A stretch of DNA of 64,000 nucleotides, from contig OZ244052.1 of assembly GCA_965215125.1 (NCBI GenBank), forward strand, positions 1,344,001 to 1,408,000. The letters are read 5' to 3'. This DNA comes from an uncultured candidatus Porisulfidus sp. (GTDB lineage Bacteria; Pseudomonadota; Gammaproteobacteria; Poriferisulfidales; Oxydemutatoraceae). The notes under the pieces are model-generated. The model had not been told where the DNA came from, made no database searches, and saw nothing but the letters and a program-made list of their open reading frames with translations. The translations under genes and the position numbers were made by a program. Shown here one piece after another: positions 1 to 12,057 of the stretch (position 1 is its first letter; each line of letters begins with the position of its first letter).

Positions 1-252
1 GGCGTCCGCTTGGGTGTCAAAACCACCGGCTGTTCGGGCTTGGCTTATGTGATTGAATATGTCGATGAGGTGAGTGTCGACGACACGGTGTTTGAAGATA
101 AAGGCATCAAAGTAATCGTTGATGCCAAAAGCCTGGTCTACCTTGACGGCACCGAACTTGATTTCGTCAAAGAAGGATTGAACGAGGGCTTTAAGTTCAC
201 AAATCCCAATGAAAAAAATCGTTGCGGGTGCGGAGAAAGTTTCTCTATTTGA
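1..252 (+). CDS. iscA: Fe-S cluster assembly A-type carrier IscA, 5' end outside the window
   Basis: Frame open from base 1 ([13 protein letters not shown]...CGCGESF); lies upstream of hscB-hscA-fdx. Confidence 0.95.
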   Translation, partial: GVRLGVKTTGCSGLAYVIEYVDEVSVDDTVFEDKGIKVIVDAKSLVYLDGTELDFVKEGLNEGFKFTNPNEKNRCGCGESFSI

Positions 253-265
253 GCATCACTCTGTC

Positions 266-579
266 ATTCCCCTCCTGTGGAGGGGTGGCAGGCGTAATAG
301 AATCGCCGATTGAGCCAGTAGGTCAATCGGCGTCACATTGTGCAGAATCTTGATACATAGTACAAAATGTAAAGCCTTTCCATGGGGTAGTTGCAACCGT
401 GTCTGCACAGTGCATAGTATCGGACCATTCCCCTCCTGTGGAAGGGTGGCAGGCAAAGCCTGACGGGGTGGTTGCGACCGTGTCTGCACAATGCATAGTA
501 TCGGACCATTCCCCTCCTTGTAGGGGCGGACTTATATGTCCGCCCGTAAGGGTGGCAGGCTCCGCCTGACGGGGTGGTT
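266..579 (+). repeat. Three tandem composite palindromic units with nested inserts
   Basis: ATTCCCCTCC-x-GGGTGGCAGGC-x-GCCT..GGGGTRGTT units at 266-392, 427-473 and 508-579, separated by near-identical ~35 bp linkers (GCRACCGTGTCTGCACARTGCATAGTATCGGACC). Confidence 0.9.
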
Positions 580-600
580 CACAGCCGCAGTCTGCCATGA

Positions 601-1155
601 ATGTATGCAACCCAACCACCGATGGACTCCGACAGACACCAACAAAATTATTTTGAATTGTTCGGCATAAAACCGACATTTCGTATTGACGAACAAACAA
701 TAGAAAAAACCTATTTACAGATGCAAGCACTATTCCACCCCGACCGCTTCGCAACGGCAAGCGCACAAGAGCGGCGCATCGCCGCACAAAAATCCGCCTA
801 TTTAAACGAAGCTCGCGATGTGCTGTTGGATGCTTGCGACCGCGCCGACTATCTATTGAAACTAGAAGGTTGCGCGGTCAACCCGGATGCCTCAATGTCG
901 GATAACGATTTTTTAATGGAGCAGATGGAATATAGAGAACGCCTGGAAGAAGCGGCAACGCAACAATCGAGCGAACCGGCGGTTGCTTTATGCGCCGAGA
1001 TTGAATGTCAAAGTACCCGAATAGATGAAGATTTTGAACAAGCCTACGACACGGCAATGTTTGATACCGCACAATCTCTGCTCGCCCGAATGCGATTTAT
1101 GAAAAAACTGAAAGCCGAAGCCAAAGCAATTATCGCTTCTAAAGAGAGTCTCTGA
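601..1155 (+). CDS. hscB: Co-chaperone HscB
   Basis: J-domain with HPD motif (NYFELFG...FHPDRF) and [10 protein letters not shown] motif; isc context. Confidence 0.95.
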   Translation: MYATQPPMDSDRHQQNYFELFGIKPTFRIDEQTIEKTYLQMQALFHPDRFATASAQERRIAAQKSAYLNEARDVLLDACDRADYLLKLEGCAVNPDASMSDNDFLMEQMEYRERLEEAATQQSSEPAVALCAEIECQSTRIDEDFEQAYDTAMFDTAQSLLARMRFMKKLKAEAKAIIASKESL

Positions 1156-3038
1156 TGTCTTTGTTGCAGATTACCGAACCGGGGCAATCGGATGCACAAC
1201 ACAAACAGTCGGTATGTGTTGCCGGTATAGATTTAGGTACTACGAACTCATTGATTGCCGTCGTAGAAGCAGAGAAACCTCGCGTCCTGAACGATGCGCA
1301 GCAGCGAGCGCATCTTCCGTCGGCAGTGCATTACCGTGCCGATGCCCCGCCCCTGGTGGGCTTTGATGCCCTTGCCAAATCCGAACAAGCCCCGCTGGAC
1401 ACCTTGGTCTCTATCAAACGATTGATGGGGCGAGGTGCCGACCAAATCGATGCCATGAAGGAGACTTTCGGTTATCGCTTTATAACCGAAGACTCCAAAG
1501 TGCCGAAGATTAGAACCGCCGCCGGAGACAAGAGTGCCGTAGAAGTCTCTGCCGACATATTAAAGACACTGAGCCTGCGTGCCGAACAAGCCTTGGACAA
1601 ACCTTTAGAAGGCGTGGTGATTACGGTGCCGGCATATTTCGACGATGCGCAAAGACAAGCGACCAAAGATGCCGCAACGCTGGCCGGCTTGAAAGTCTAC
1701 CGATTATTGAACGAACCGACTGCCGCCGCAGTCGCTTACGGCTTGGATCGCATTGCAGAGGAAGAGACGATTTTGGTTTATGACTTAGGCGGTGGAACCT
1801 TTGATTTATCGGTTCTCAAAATGGAACGAGGCATATTAAGAGTATTGGCTACCGGTGGCGACACGCTGTTGGGAGGAGATGACTTTGACCTGCTGATAGC
1901 GCAACACTTCATACAACAATCATCGGTCCCCATAAAACCGGAATCCGAACTGATGCGTAGCCTACTCAACGAGGCACGCAGAGCCAAGCACATACTCAGC
2001 GCACAGCGCGAATATAACGGCACCCTAGAGATTGCCGATTTAGACCCATGGAAAGTTTCTTTAACGCAACCCGAATTAGACGAGCTGATAACACCGGCGG
2101 TTGATAAAACTTTGTCTATATGCAAGAAAGTATTGGATGATGCCGGCATCGGCACAAAGCAAATACATAACATCGTTTTGGTGGGAGGGTCTACTCGTAT
2201 TCCACTAGTGCGCCGCCGTATTCAACAAGCGATAGGCATCGAACCTTTGATCGGCATAGACCCCGATCAGGTCGTTGCGTTGGGCGCAGCGATACAAGCC
2301 GAAGTGTTGGCAGGCAATATGCAAACCGACGATAAATTATTGTTATTGGATGTGGTGCCGTTGTCCTTAGGCATCGAAACTATGGGCGGGCTTGTAGAGA
2401 GAATCATTCCCAGAAACAGCGTGATACCTACCTCCAGAGTGCAGGAGTTCACAACCTATAAGGATGGTCAAACCGGTATGGTGATACATGTGGTGCAAGG
2501 TGAACGAGAATTGATTGCCGATTGCCGCTCACTGGCACGCTTTGAATTAAAAGGCATCACACCCAGAGTTGCGGGGGCATCCAAAGTGCGTGTGACTTTT
2601 ACCGTGGATGCAGACGGTCTGCTATCGGTCTCGGCGGTTGATGCCGAGAGCGGCGCACAAGCGTGCGTAGAAGTGAAACCATCCTACGGCTTGTCCGATA
2701 CCGATATAGAACAGATGATTAGAACATCGGCACAACACGCCGCAGAAGATGTTGCCGCACGCGCACTCAAGGAAAAACAAGTGGAAAGCAGACGCGTGCT
2801 CGATGCCCTCGCATCGGCACTGGACGAAGACCGCGCCCTATTGTCCGACGAAGCAGAAGAACAAAACATACTCAAAGCACGCAATACACTACGGCACGAA
2901 TTGGATCACGGCGATGCCGACCAAATAGACAAAGCACTAAAGGACTTGGAAGCTAGTAGCGAAGCATTTATCGCTCGCCGTATGAATGCCACCATACGCA
3001 AAACCCTGCAAGGCAAATCGGCAGCAGAGTTTAACTGA
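1155..3038 (+). CDS. hscA: Fe-S chaperone HscA (Hsp70 family)
   Basis: [10 protein letters not shown] start, [18 protein letters not shown]; between hscB and fdx. Confidence 0.97.
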   Translation: MSLLQITEPGQSDAQHKQSVCVAGIDLGTTNSLIAVVEAEKPRVLNDAQQRAHLPSAVHYRADAPPLVGFDALAKSEQAPLDTLVSIKRLMGRGADQIDAMKETFGYRFITEDSKVPKIRTAAGDKSAVEVSADILKTLSLRAEQALDKPLEGVVITVPAYFDDAQRQATKDAATLAGLKVYRLLNEPTAAAVAYGLDRIAEEETILVYDLGGGTFDLSVLKMERGILRVLATGGDTLLGGDDFDLLIAQHFIQQSSVPIKPESELMRSLLNEARRAKHILSAQREYNGTLEIADLDPWKVSLTQPELDELITPAVDKTLSICKKVLDDAGIGTKQIHNIVLVGGSTRIPLVRRRIQQAIGIEPLIGIDPDQVVALGAAIQAEVLAGNMQTDDKLLLLDVVPLSLGIETMGGLVERIIPRNSVIPTSRVQEFTTYKDGQTGMVIHVVQGERELIADCRSLARFELKGITPRVAGASKVRVTFTVDADGLLSVSAVDAESGAQACVEVKPSYGLSDTDIEQMIRTSAQHAAEDVAARALKEKQVESRRVLDALASALDEDRALLSDEAEEQNILKARNTLRHELDHGDADQIDKALKDLEASSEAFIARRMNATIRKTLQGKSAAEFN

Positions 3039-3061
3039 TGTAAAAAATACAGAGTATCGTA

Positions 3062-3400
3062 ATGCCTAAAATCACTTTTTTACCCCACGAAAAACTATGC
3101 CCCGAAGGCAAAATAGTAGAAGTGGATAGCGGCACCAGTATCTGCGATGCGGCACTGAAAAACGACATAGAACTAGAACATGCCTGCGAGAAATCATGCG
3201 CCTGCACAACCTGCCATGTGTATATACGCGAAGGTTCCGACGCACTCGACGAACCCACCGAAAACGAAGAAGACTATCTCGACAAAGCCTGGGGACTAGA
3301 CCCCGACTCACGGCTTAGCTGCCAAGCCATCGTAAAAGACCAAGACCTAGTCGTCGAAATACCCAAATACACCATCAATCTGGTATCCGAACAACACTAA
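3062..3400 (+). CDS. fdx: ISC 2Fe-2S ferredoxin
   Basis: HACEKSCACTTCH and SRLSCQ motifs. Confidence 0.97.
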   Translation: MPKITFLPHEKLCPEGKIVEVDSGTSICDAALKNDIELEHACEKSCACTTCHVYIREGSDALDEPTENEEDYLDKAWGLDPDSRLSCQAIVKDQDLVVEIPKYTINLVSEQH

Positions 3401-3403
3401 TAT

Positions 3404-3447
3404 TTCTCTTTTTTGGAGAGGTGGCAGGCTTCGCCTGAAGGGGTAAT
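3404..3447 (+). repeat. Degenerate copy of the palindromic unit directly after fdx
   Basis: GGAGAGGTGGCAGGC-TTC-GCCTGAAGGGGTAATT resembles the 427-473 unit. Confidence 0.75.
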
Positions 3448-3565
3448 TGTGTTGAGTTTGCACGGGAAATCCTGCACTTTGAAAAATTTATTAGTATGAT
3501 TATAATAATTAATTAGATATATTAAGCAAATATTACTAAAATGTTTTTTAGTTTAACTACAGTAA

Positions 3566-5758
<2,193 letters not shown>

Positions 5759-5785
5759 TCCTAGTCTGCCAATCCAGAATAAAAC

Positions 5786-5815
5786 CGCCGTTTGTTGTCG
5801 TTGCAACAAACGGCG
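5786..5815. repeat. Hairpin, variant of repeat module B; may terminate katG and/or the convergent gene
   Basis: CGCCGTTTGTTG-6 nt-CAACAAACGGCG, preceded by AATAAAAC (AATAGAAC in other copies). Confidence 0.7.
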
Positions 5816-5863
5816 CAATACTGCCGAAACCACAGCATAAACCACATGTGTAGAGGTGAACTA

Positions 5864-5907
5864 TTCCCCTCCTCTGGAGGGGTGACAGGCGCAATGGAAC
5901 CGCCGAT
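5864..5907 (+). repeat. Partial composite palindromic unit
   Basis: ATTCCCCTCCTCTGGAGGGGTGACAGGCGCAATGGAACCGCCGATT. Confidence 0.8.
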
Positions 5908-5941
5908 TATCGCCGAGTACCCCCCACTTGAGCAGAGTGCG

Positions 5942-6619
5942 TTAAACCATAAAAGCAATCAGCGCAGCACCCATAATGCCAAGCAAAGTAAAACCGAGGA
6001 GCATTATCCCCCCTAGAACCAACGGTAGCTTCCAGTTAACAGTTTGTTTGAGATCTTTCACCGTTGATACTAACGCTTGCAGTGTCCGCATCATTTCGGT
6101 TTGTGACATATATTCGCGTTCCAATGCGATTTTGATATCCTCCGGCGAAAGTTTATCTCGCCCTTGGTACGGGCATTCATAGAGTGTGGATGACGGATGA
6201 TGAAGGCGATGAAACTCAACTGTCAAAAATCTATCCTTGTGCGGCACGATGATTGGTTTACTAGATAAATTGGTTAATCCGATAATTAACCGCCCTTCAA
6301 AGCCGGGGTCAACTTGAGGTCCGACCGTGGCGATCAGACCTTTACGTGCGTAAGAACTAGTTAATCCAAAACGGGCTGTATGTTGCAAGTCCAGTGTCAG
6401 TTTTTCGTGTGTGAGCATAATAACAAAATCCCCCGGCGTGATTTCTATAAAGCCCGTTTTGGTTAAATCTAATACTTCCTTTTTAGCTGAACTGGCTGCT
6501 TGATCACCAACTCGCAGATCGTAAGATGCCGGCTGTAGTAGCTCTTCAGAAAAAGGTTCTATCACTATGGACGAACTGTTTTTACATGTATTAAGTATGT
6601 CTTCGTTGGAGAGAATCAT
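5942..6619 (-). CDS. dCTP deaminase/dUTPase-fold protein with C-terminal coiled coil and transmembrane helix
   Basis: MILSNEDI, QPASYDLRVG, SSYARKG and VDPGFEG motifs; hydrophobic tail LPLVLGGIMLLGFTLLGIMGAALIAFMV. Confidence 0.8.
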   Translation of the reverse strand: MILSNEDILNTCKNSSSIVIEPFSEELLQPASYDLRVGDQAASSAKKEVLDLTKTGFIEITPGDFVIMLTHEKLTLDLQHTARFGLTSSYARKGLIATVGPQVDPGFEGRLIIGLTNLSSKPIIVPHKDRFLTVEFHRLHHPSSTLYECPYQGRDKLSPEDIKIALEREYMSQTEMMRTLQALVSTVKDLKQTVNWKLPLVLGGIMLLGFTLLGIMGAALIAFMV

Positions 6620-6782
6620 ACAATACCCATATACCTGTGTTTAATTAATTGGTTTTCAATGTTCACGGATTATAGCACATGCGATCCTTTGCTTTGTAAA
6701 AAGCTGTTTTATCGGGACAAGATGTTTTTAGTATAAAAATTGAAGTGCGAGTATTTGCGATGCGAAGCGGTTGGGTTGATCC

Positions 6783-6909
6783 ATTCCCTTTCTATGGAGA
6801 GGTGGCAGGCGCAATAGAACCGCCGATTAAGCCAGTAGGTTAATCGGCGTAACGTTTTGCAGAATCTTAGTACATATTGCAAAATGTAAAGCCTTTCCAT
6901 GGGGTGGTT
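6783..6909 (+). repeat. Long composite repeat (unit A carrying the B/C insert)
   Basis: Closely matches 266-392 and 48818-48943. Confidence 0.9.
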
Positions 6910-7117
6910 TTATCAACCGCCACGCGCCCCGGACATATGTAAACCGGCACGTCGCTTTTGCACCAACTCAACCACCCTGCGCCTCAATATTTCCTAGCTA
7001 CTGCCTCTTTATTCGTTCCTTGATTACAGTTCTCTGGCACTGCTAAAATTAGGGTTGTATGACACCGCCTGAATATGTTGCATAATAACCCTTTTAATCA
7101 TTTATAAATCTACGGCG

Positions 7118-8674
7118 ATGGCAAAAAGCGATACAAAAAAAATTGAAAATATAGAGGCGCAATTATTCAAAGTAGCCGATAAGCTACGCAAAAACATTGA
7201 TGCGGCGGAATACAAGCACATAGTACTCGGCTTGATATTTCTCAGATACATATCGGATTCTTTCGAGGCACAACATCGCGAATTAAACCGCAAATTAAAA
7301 GAAACCAAAGTAGAATTTCCACCCGACCCCGAAGATCCCGATGAATACGCGTCTAGGAATACCTTTTGGGTTCCTGAAGAGGCTCGCTGGTCGTACTTGC
7401 AAGATCGTGCCAAGCTATCGAGTATCGGCAAGGATTTAGACTCGGCAATGGAAAAGATAGAAAAAGAGAGTCCCAACCTCAAGGGTATTTTGCCTAAGGT
7501 CTATGCAAAACCGAACCTTGACAGAGCCACCCTAGGCGGTCTGATTGATTTAATCAGCGATATTGCTCTAGGTGAAGCAGCGCAGCAGTCAAGGGATATT
7601 CTAGGCAAAGTCTATGAGTATTTTTTGGGAGAGTTTGCTTTAGCGGAAGGCAAAAAGGGCGGTCAATTCTATACGCCTAAATCAATTGTGAAGCTCTTGG
7701 TTGAGATGATAGAACCTTATCACGGCAGAGTTTTTGACCCTTGCTGTGGTAGCGGCGGTATGTTTGTGATGAGCGAAAAATTTGTTGAAGAGCATAGTGG
7801 GCTAATCAAAGACATCTCTATTTACGGACAAGAGAGTAATCAAACAACCTATAGATTATGCCGAATGAATCTGGCAATTCGGAACATTGACGGTTCACAG
7901 GTGCAATGGAACAACGAAGGTTCATTTTTGAAAGATGCACACCCCGATTTGAAAGCCGACTTTATACTTGCCAATCCACCGTTTAACGATAGCGACTGGA
8001 GCGGCGACCTACTACAAGACGACCCGCGTTGGAAATACGGCACGCCGCCGGCGAGCAACGCTAACTTTGCATGGGTGCAACACTTCTTATATCACCTAAG
8101 CCCTAAAGGTGTGGCAGGCTTTGTTTTGTCCAAAGGCTCGCTAACTTCTAAAACTTCCGGCGAGGATGTTATCCGAAAAAACTTAATCGACGGCAGTTTT
8201 GTAGACTGCATCGTCAACCTGCCGACAAAATTATTCCTCAACACACAGATTCCCGCGTGCCTCTGGTTCATATCCAACAAACGATACGGCTTTAACGGCG
8301 ACAGAAGTCGTAGTGGAGAAATGCTATTTATTGACGCACGGCACTTGGGACATTTAATAAACAGACGTACCCGAGAATTTTCCGATGAAGACATCGGCAA
8401 GGTTTCCGACACCTACCACCAATGGAGAAAGACAGACGGTCAATACAAAGATGTTCCGGGTTTTTGTGCATCGGTAGCGATTGAGAGAGTAAAAGAATTG
8501 GATTATGTGCTCAGCCCGGGACGTTATGTAGGCACCGTAGAAATAGAGGACGACCATGACTTTGCCGAGCGTTTTGCAGAACTAAAAGCAGAGTTTGAAA
8601 CACAGGTGAGAGCAGAGGCTGGATTGAGCAAACGGATTTTAGAAAACTTAAACAAAATTGAATATGAGAAATAA
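7118..8674 (+). CDS. hsdM: Type I RM methyltransferase subunit M
   Basis: EGKKGGQFYTP, DPCCGSGGM (SAM motif), ANPPFN (catalytic motif). Confidence 0.97.
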   Translation: MAKSDTKKIENIEAQLFKVADKLRKNIDAAEYKHIVLGLIFLRYISDSFEAQHRELNRKLKETKVEFPPDPEDPDEYASRNTFWVPEEARWSYLQDRAKLSSIGKDLDSAMEKIEKESPNLKGILPKVYAKPNLDRATLGGLIDLISDIALGEAAQQSRDILGKVYEYFLGEFALAEGKKGGQFYTPKSIVKLLVEMIEPYHGRVFDPCCGSGGMFVMSEKFVEEHSGLIKDISIYGQESNQTTYRLCRMNLAIRNIDGSQVQWNNEGSFLKDAHPDLKADFILANPPFNDSDWSGDLLQDDPRWKYGTPPASNANFAWVQHFLYHLSPKGVAGFVLSKGSLTSKTSGEDVIRKNLIDGSFVDCIVNLPTKLFLNTQIPACLWFISNKRYGFNGDRSRSGEMLFIDARHLGHLINRRTREFSDEDIGKVSDTYHQWRKTDGQYKDVPGFCASVAIERVKELDYVLSPGRYVGTVEIEDDHDFAERFAELKAEFETQVRAEAGLSKRILENLNKIEYEK

Positions 8675-8698
8675 ACCGAAACCGTCAAGAGGGAACTC

Positions 8699-9106
8699 AT
8701 GGATAATGATTTGAGATGGAAACAACGTTTTCAAAATTTTGAAAAATCTTTTGAGGCTTTGCAGAGACGGATAAATCAATACGAGCAATATCCTAACGAC
8801 GAGGGTTCTCAAATGGCATTGTTATCATCTTTTATAATCATGTATGAACTCAGCTGGAAAGTACTCAAAGATTATTTACAAAACGAAGGTGTAGATGTGA
8901 ACAATAGTCCTAGAAATGTATTCAGAAATGCATTTCAAAACGAGCTGATATTCAAAATAGAGCCATGGATGGAGTCAATTGTCATAAGAAATGAAACGGT
9001 TCATACCTATCATGAGGATATTTTGCGAGAAGTCATTCAGTTTATTACCGAGACCTTTTATCCTATTGTTCGGGATCTGTATTTTCAACTGAAAAAAGAA
9101 CTATGA
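8699..9106 (+). CDS. HEPN protein (HI0074/NTase substrate-binding family), putative HepT-like RNase toxin
   Basis: RWKQRFQNF start, YELSWKVLKDYL, SPRNVFR, RNETVHTY (RX4HXY). Confidence 0.85.
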   Translation: MDNDLRWKQRFQNFEKSFEALQRRINQYEQYPNDEGSQMALLSSFIIMYELSWKVLKDYLQNEGVDVNNSPRNVFRNAFQNELIFKIEPWMESIVIRNETVHTYHEDILREVIQFITETFYPIVRDLYFQLKKEL

Positions 9107-10578
9107 AATACGGTTTGTCCGAAGAACAACTGGCAGAGATCTGTAATATCATTGGTTCATATCCCCAAATAGAAGCAGCGGTTATTTACGGTTCACGGGC
9201 TGACGGTGCTTATAAAGAAGCCTCGGATGTAGATATTGCTATCAAAGGAGGAAAAACCAACGAATCCCTTGCCGCAAAACTAAAATTCCATTTAGAGGAA
9301 GAAACCTACCTGCCTTTCTTTTTTGATGTCATCGCCTACAATGCCATCACCTCCACCGAACTAAAAAATCAAATCAAGGTTAAAGGCAAAACAATCTATC
9401 GGAGGGGGTGGCGTGAAGTTAAATTGGGAGATGTTGTAGAAATAATAGGCGGAGGAACACCCAGTACCAAAGAACCTAAATATTGGAATGGTGATATTCC
9501 TTGGTTAACACCCAGAGATTTATCTGATTTTAAGTGTAGATATATAGCTAAAGGTGAGAGAAATATATCCAAATTAGGATTACAAAATTCAAATGCAAAA
9601 TTACTTCCCGTAGGAGCGGTGCTTTTAACTACTAGAGCACCAGTTGGTTACTTGGCAATTGCTAGAGATGAGATTGCTGTCAATCAGGGATTTAAGGGAT
9701 TAATTGCAAACAGACATATTGATAATTTACTTTTATATTATCTGTTGAAACACAATGTTGATTATCTTAAAGCACATTCAAGTGGAACAACTTTTGGTGA
9801 GTTATCTAAAGCCTCCTTAACATCTATACCATTTTACATTCCCTCTCTTCCCGAACAAAAAGCCATTGCCGAAGTTTTGAGTAGCCTTGACGACAAAATA
9901 GATCTTTTACACCGACAAAACAAAACTCTTGAGAATATGGCACAAATCCTATTCCAAAAATGGTTTATTGAAGACGCAGACGATACATGGGAAGAGAAAC
10001 CTTTGGCTGATTTACTAGATTTTCTAGAAGGTCCAGGCATCCGTAATTGGCAATACACAGAAAAAGGGACACGCTTTATAAATATCAGATTAATACAAGA
10101 TGGCGAAATAGATGTTAAAAAATCAAACTTCATATCTGACGAAGAGGCAAATGGTAAATATAAACATTTTTCACTACAGGAAAGAGATATGGTTGTTTCT
10201 ACTTCTGGTACTTTAGGAAAAGTAGCAATCGTTCGTTCTTATCACTTGCCCTTGATGCTCAATACAAGCGTGATTAGATTTAGACCTAAAGACGGCATAA
10301 ACTATTCGTTCATGTACCAATACTTACAATCAAAGGAATTTAAGAATGAACTGGAAAGCCTAGGAAGTGGTAGCGTCCAGAAAAATTTTGGTCCAACTCA
10401 TTTGAAAATGATGAAGATGAGAATTCCTCCAGAAAGAGCTTTGAATGACTTCAGAAATCATGTTGATGACCTGTATTCAAAATTATTACAGAACTATTCT
10501 CACATTTATGAAATTGAGACCATTAAAAATACGCTTGCACCCAAATTAATGAGTGGTAAAGCGAGAGTAGTAAAATAA
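9103..10578 (+). CDS. hsdS: Minimal nucleotidyltransferase (MNT) fused to type I specificity subunit HsdS
   Basis: aa 1-~100 carry YGSRA-x-SDVDIA and FFDV; then WREVKLGDV, two TRDs, LPEQKAIAEVLSSLDDKI spacer and PKLMSGKARV end. Confidence 0.9.
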   Translation: MKYGLSEEQLAEICNIIGSYPQIEAAVIYGSRADGAYKEASDVDIAIKGGKTNESLAAKLKFHLEEETYLPFFFDVIAYNAITSTELKNQIKVKGKTIYRRGWREVKLGDVVEIIGGGTPSTKEPKYWNGDIPWLTPRDLSDFKCRYIAKGERNISKLGLQNSNAKLLPVGAVLLTTRAPVGYLAIARDEIAVNQGFKGLIANRHIDNLLLYYLLKHNVDYLKAHSSGTTFGELSKASLTSIPFYIPSLPEQKAIAEVLSSLDDKIDLLHRQNKTLENMAQILFQKWFIEDADDTWEEKPLADLLDFLEGPGIRNWQYTEKGTRFINIRLIQDGEIDVKKSNFISDEEANGKYKHFSLQERDMVVSTSGTLGKVAIVRSYHLPLMLNTSVIRFRPKDGINYSFMYQYLQSKEFKNELESLGSGSVQKNFGPTHLKMMKMRIPPERALNDFRNHVDDLYSKLLQNYSHIYEIETIKNTLAPKLMSGKARVVK

Positions 10579-10659
10579 TTCGTATAATATCTTGATGAAG
10601 TTTAGAGGTTATGAAAGGAATAAAATAAATCACGGTAAAACACATATTATTAAAGAACA

Positions 10660-12057
10660 ATGTCAGAAGAAATCATTCTAAAATCTCGTGAAGATAGAGA
10701 ATTCATTACTCTTACAAAAACCAAAGATAACAAATACATTTCAAAGTCTAGTCATGACCATCCGTGGGCTAGAGGTGAAATTGATAATGCCGTTTTGAGA
10801 TCTCGTATTGAACCCTGGTTAACGGCACTATTTCAATCTGAACATTTTTCTTTGTTGGTAGGTGCTGGATTGACTGAAGCAGTGCTTGGTTTGGCGCAAT
10901 CTGATGACAAACCTAAGATGCCGACACCACGGTTTAGTGAGTTTTCAGAACAGATTAACGATGCCTCAAAGGTTTCTGATGCAAACAATTTAACTACTAC
11001 CGATATTGAATTACAACTTCAAGTAGCCAACGAACTACTTATAGGATTAAAACATTTGCATCAGAGAAACGAGAATAACGAACAAATTTCTACGCTAGAA
11101 AACGAAATTACAGAGTTTCTCAAAGAATTTTCGGAATACATTTTGGAACTAGAAAATAAAATAGTAGAAGCTAAAAATAGGAAACAAGCTTTTAATTATT
11201 TAGTCAACTTCCTAACTAGTTTTGCTAGCCGTTCCGGCCCTAGAGACCGATTACAAATTTTCACCACAAATTACGACCGGGTTATTGAGATAGGTGCGGA
11301 AGTGGCAGGATTACGCTTACTTGACCGTTTTGTAGGCAGTGTTTCTCCTATTTTTAGGTCTTCAAGATTGAATGTTGATATGCACTACAATCCGCCCGGT
11401 ATACGGGGAGAACCTCGCTATTTAGAAGGTGTTATCCACTTCACTAAATTGCATGGTTCTATTGATTGGAAGCAGTTAAATAAAGATATTCGTCGGATAG
11501 GTTTGCCGTTTGGTGCAAAAAGCCTTGATCCCTATTTAGAAAACTCTAACAAATTAATGATCTATCCGAACGCCGCCAAAGATAAAGCAACAGTCGTTTA
11601 TCCTTATGTAGAAATGTTTAGAGATTTCGCTGCTTCTATATGTAGGCCGAACAATACATTGGTTACATACGGTTATAGTTATAACGATGACCATATCAAC
11701 CGAATAATAGAGGATATGCTTACTATACCGTCCACTCATTTAGTCATTATTTCGTATGGTAATAAAGATAAAAAGATTAAAAGCATGTATAAAGAGATTG
11801 GCAGACCAGCTCAAATCACACTTCTCATAGGGAAGGATTTAGCTGGATTAAAACCACTGGTGGATAATTATCTGCCTAAAGCGGCGATTGACCGTATTAC
11901 TTCTCGCATGGTGGATTTACTCAAATCGCGTTTAGAAACCGAAAGTAATTCTGAAATCGAAACTGCAAAGTTTATCAAAGAGACACCCGAGCCTAATTTA
12001 GATCGCAATGAAAGCGAAACATCAAATACTATAAATGACGACGACCTCGATTTTTGA
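10660..12057 (+). CDS. SIR2-family NADase of a Sir2-HerA (Nezha-like) defence system
   Basis: LLVGAG, FTTNYD, KLHGS, GYSYNDDHIN motifs; overlaps the herA start. Confidence 0.9.
   Translation: MSEEIILKSREDREFITLTKTKDNKYISKSSHDHPWARGEIDNAVLRSRIEPWLTALFQSEHFSLLVGAGLTEAVLGLAQSDDKPKMPTPRFSEFSEQINDASKVSDANNLTTTDIELQLQVANELLIGLKHLHQRNENNEQISTLENEITEFLKEFSEYILELENKIVEAKNRKQAFNYLVNFLTSFASRSGPRDRLQIFTTNYDRVIEIGAEVAGLRLLDRFVGSVSPIFRSSRLNVDMHYNPPGIRGEPRYLEGVIHFTKLHGSIDWKQLNKDIRRIGLPFGAKSLDPYLENSNKLMIYPNAAKDKATVVYPYVEMFRDFAASICRPNNTLVTYGYSYNDDHINRIIEDMLTIPSTHLVIISYGNKDKKIKSMYKEIGRPAQITLLIGKDLAGLKPLVDNYLPKAAIDRITSRMVDLLKSRLETESNSEIETAKFIKETPEPNLDRNESETSNTINDDDLDF

Noticed and set aside
266-579. CRISPR array or integron attC array
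   Set aside because: The intervening segments are near-identical rather than unique spacers, unit lengths vary, copies are dispersed, and no cas or intI gene is present.
256-787. Short ORFs over the repeats (also 6709-6900, 30224-30566, 36212-36448, 48606-48878, 63339-63828)
   Set aside because: Their shared peptides simply reflect translation of the repeat; frames and ends are inconsistent between copies.
3496-3520. PerR/Fur-like box upstream of katG (TTATAATAATTA)
   Set aside because: Only a partial match in very AT-rich DNA, so it is not distinguishable from chance.
5942-6619. The characterised anti-phage dCTP deaminase (AvcD-type)
   Set aside because: Those are Zn-dependent cytidine-deaminase-fold proteins with HxE/PCxxC motifs and a kinase domain; this is the trimeric dUTPase fold.
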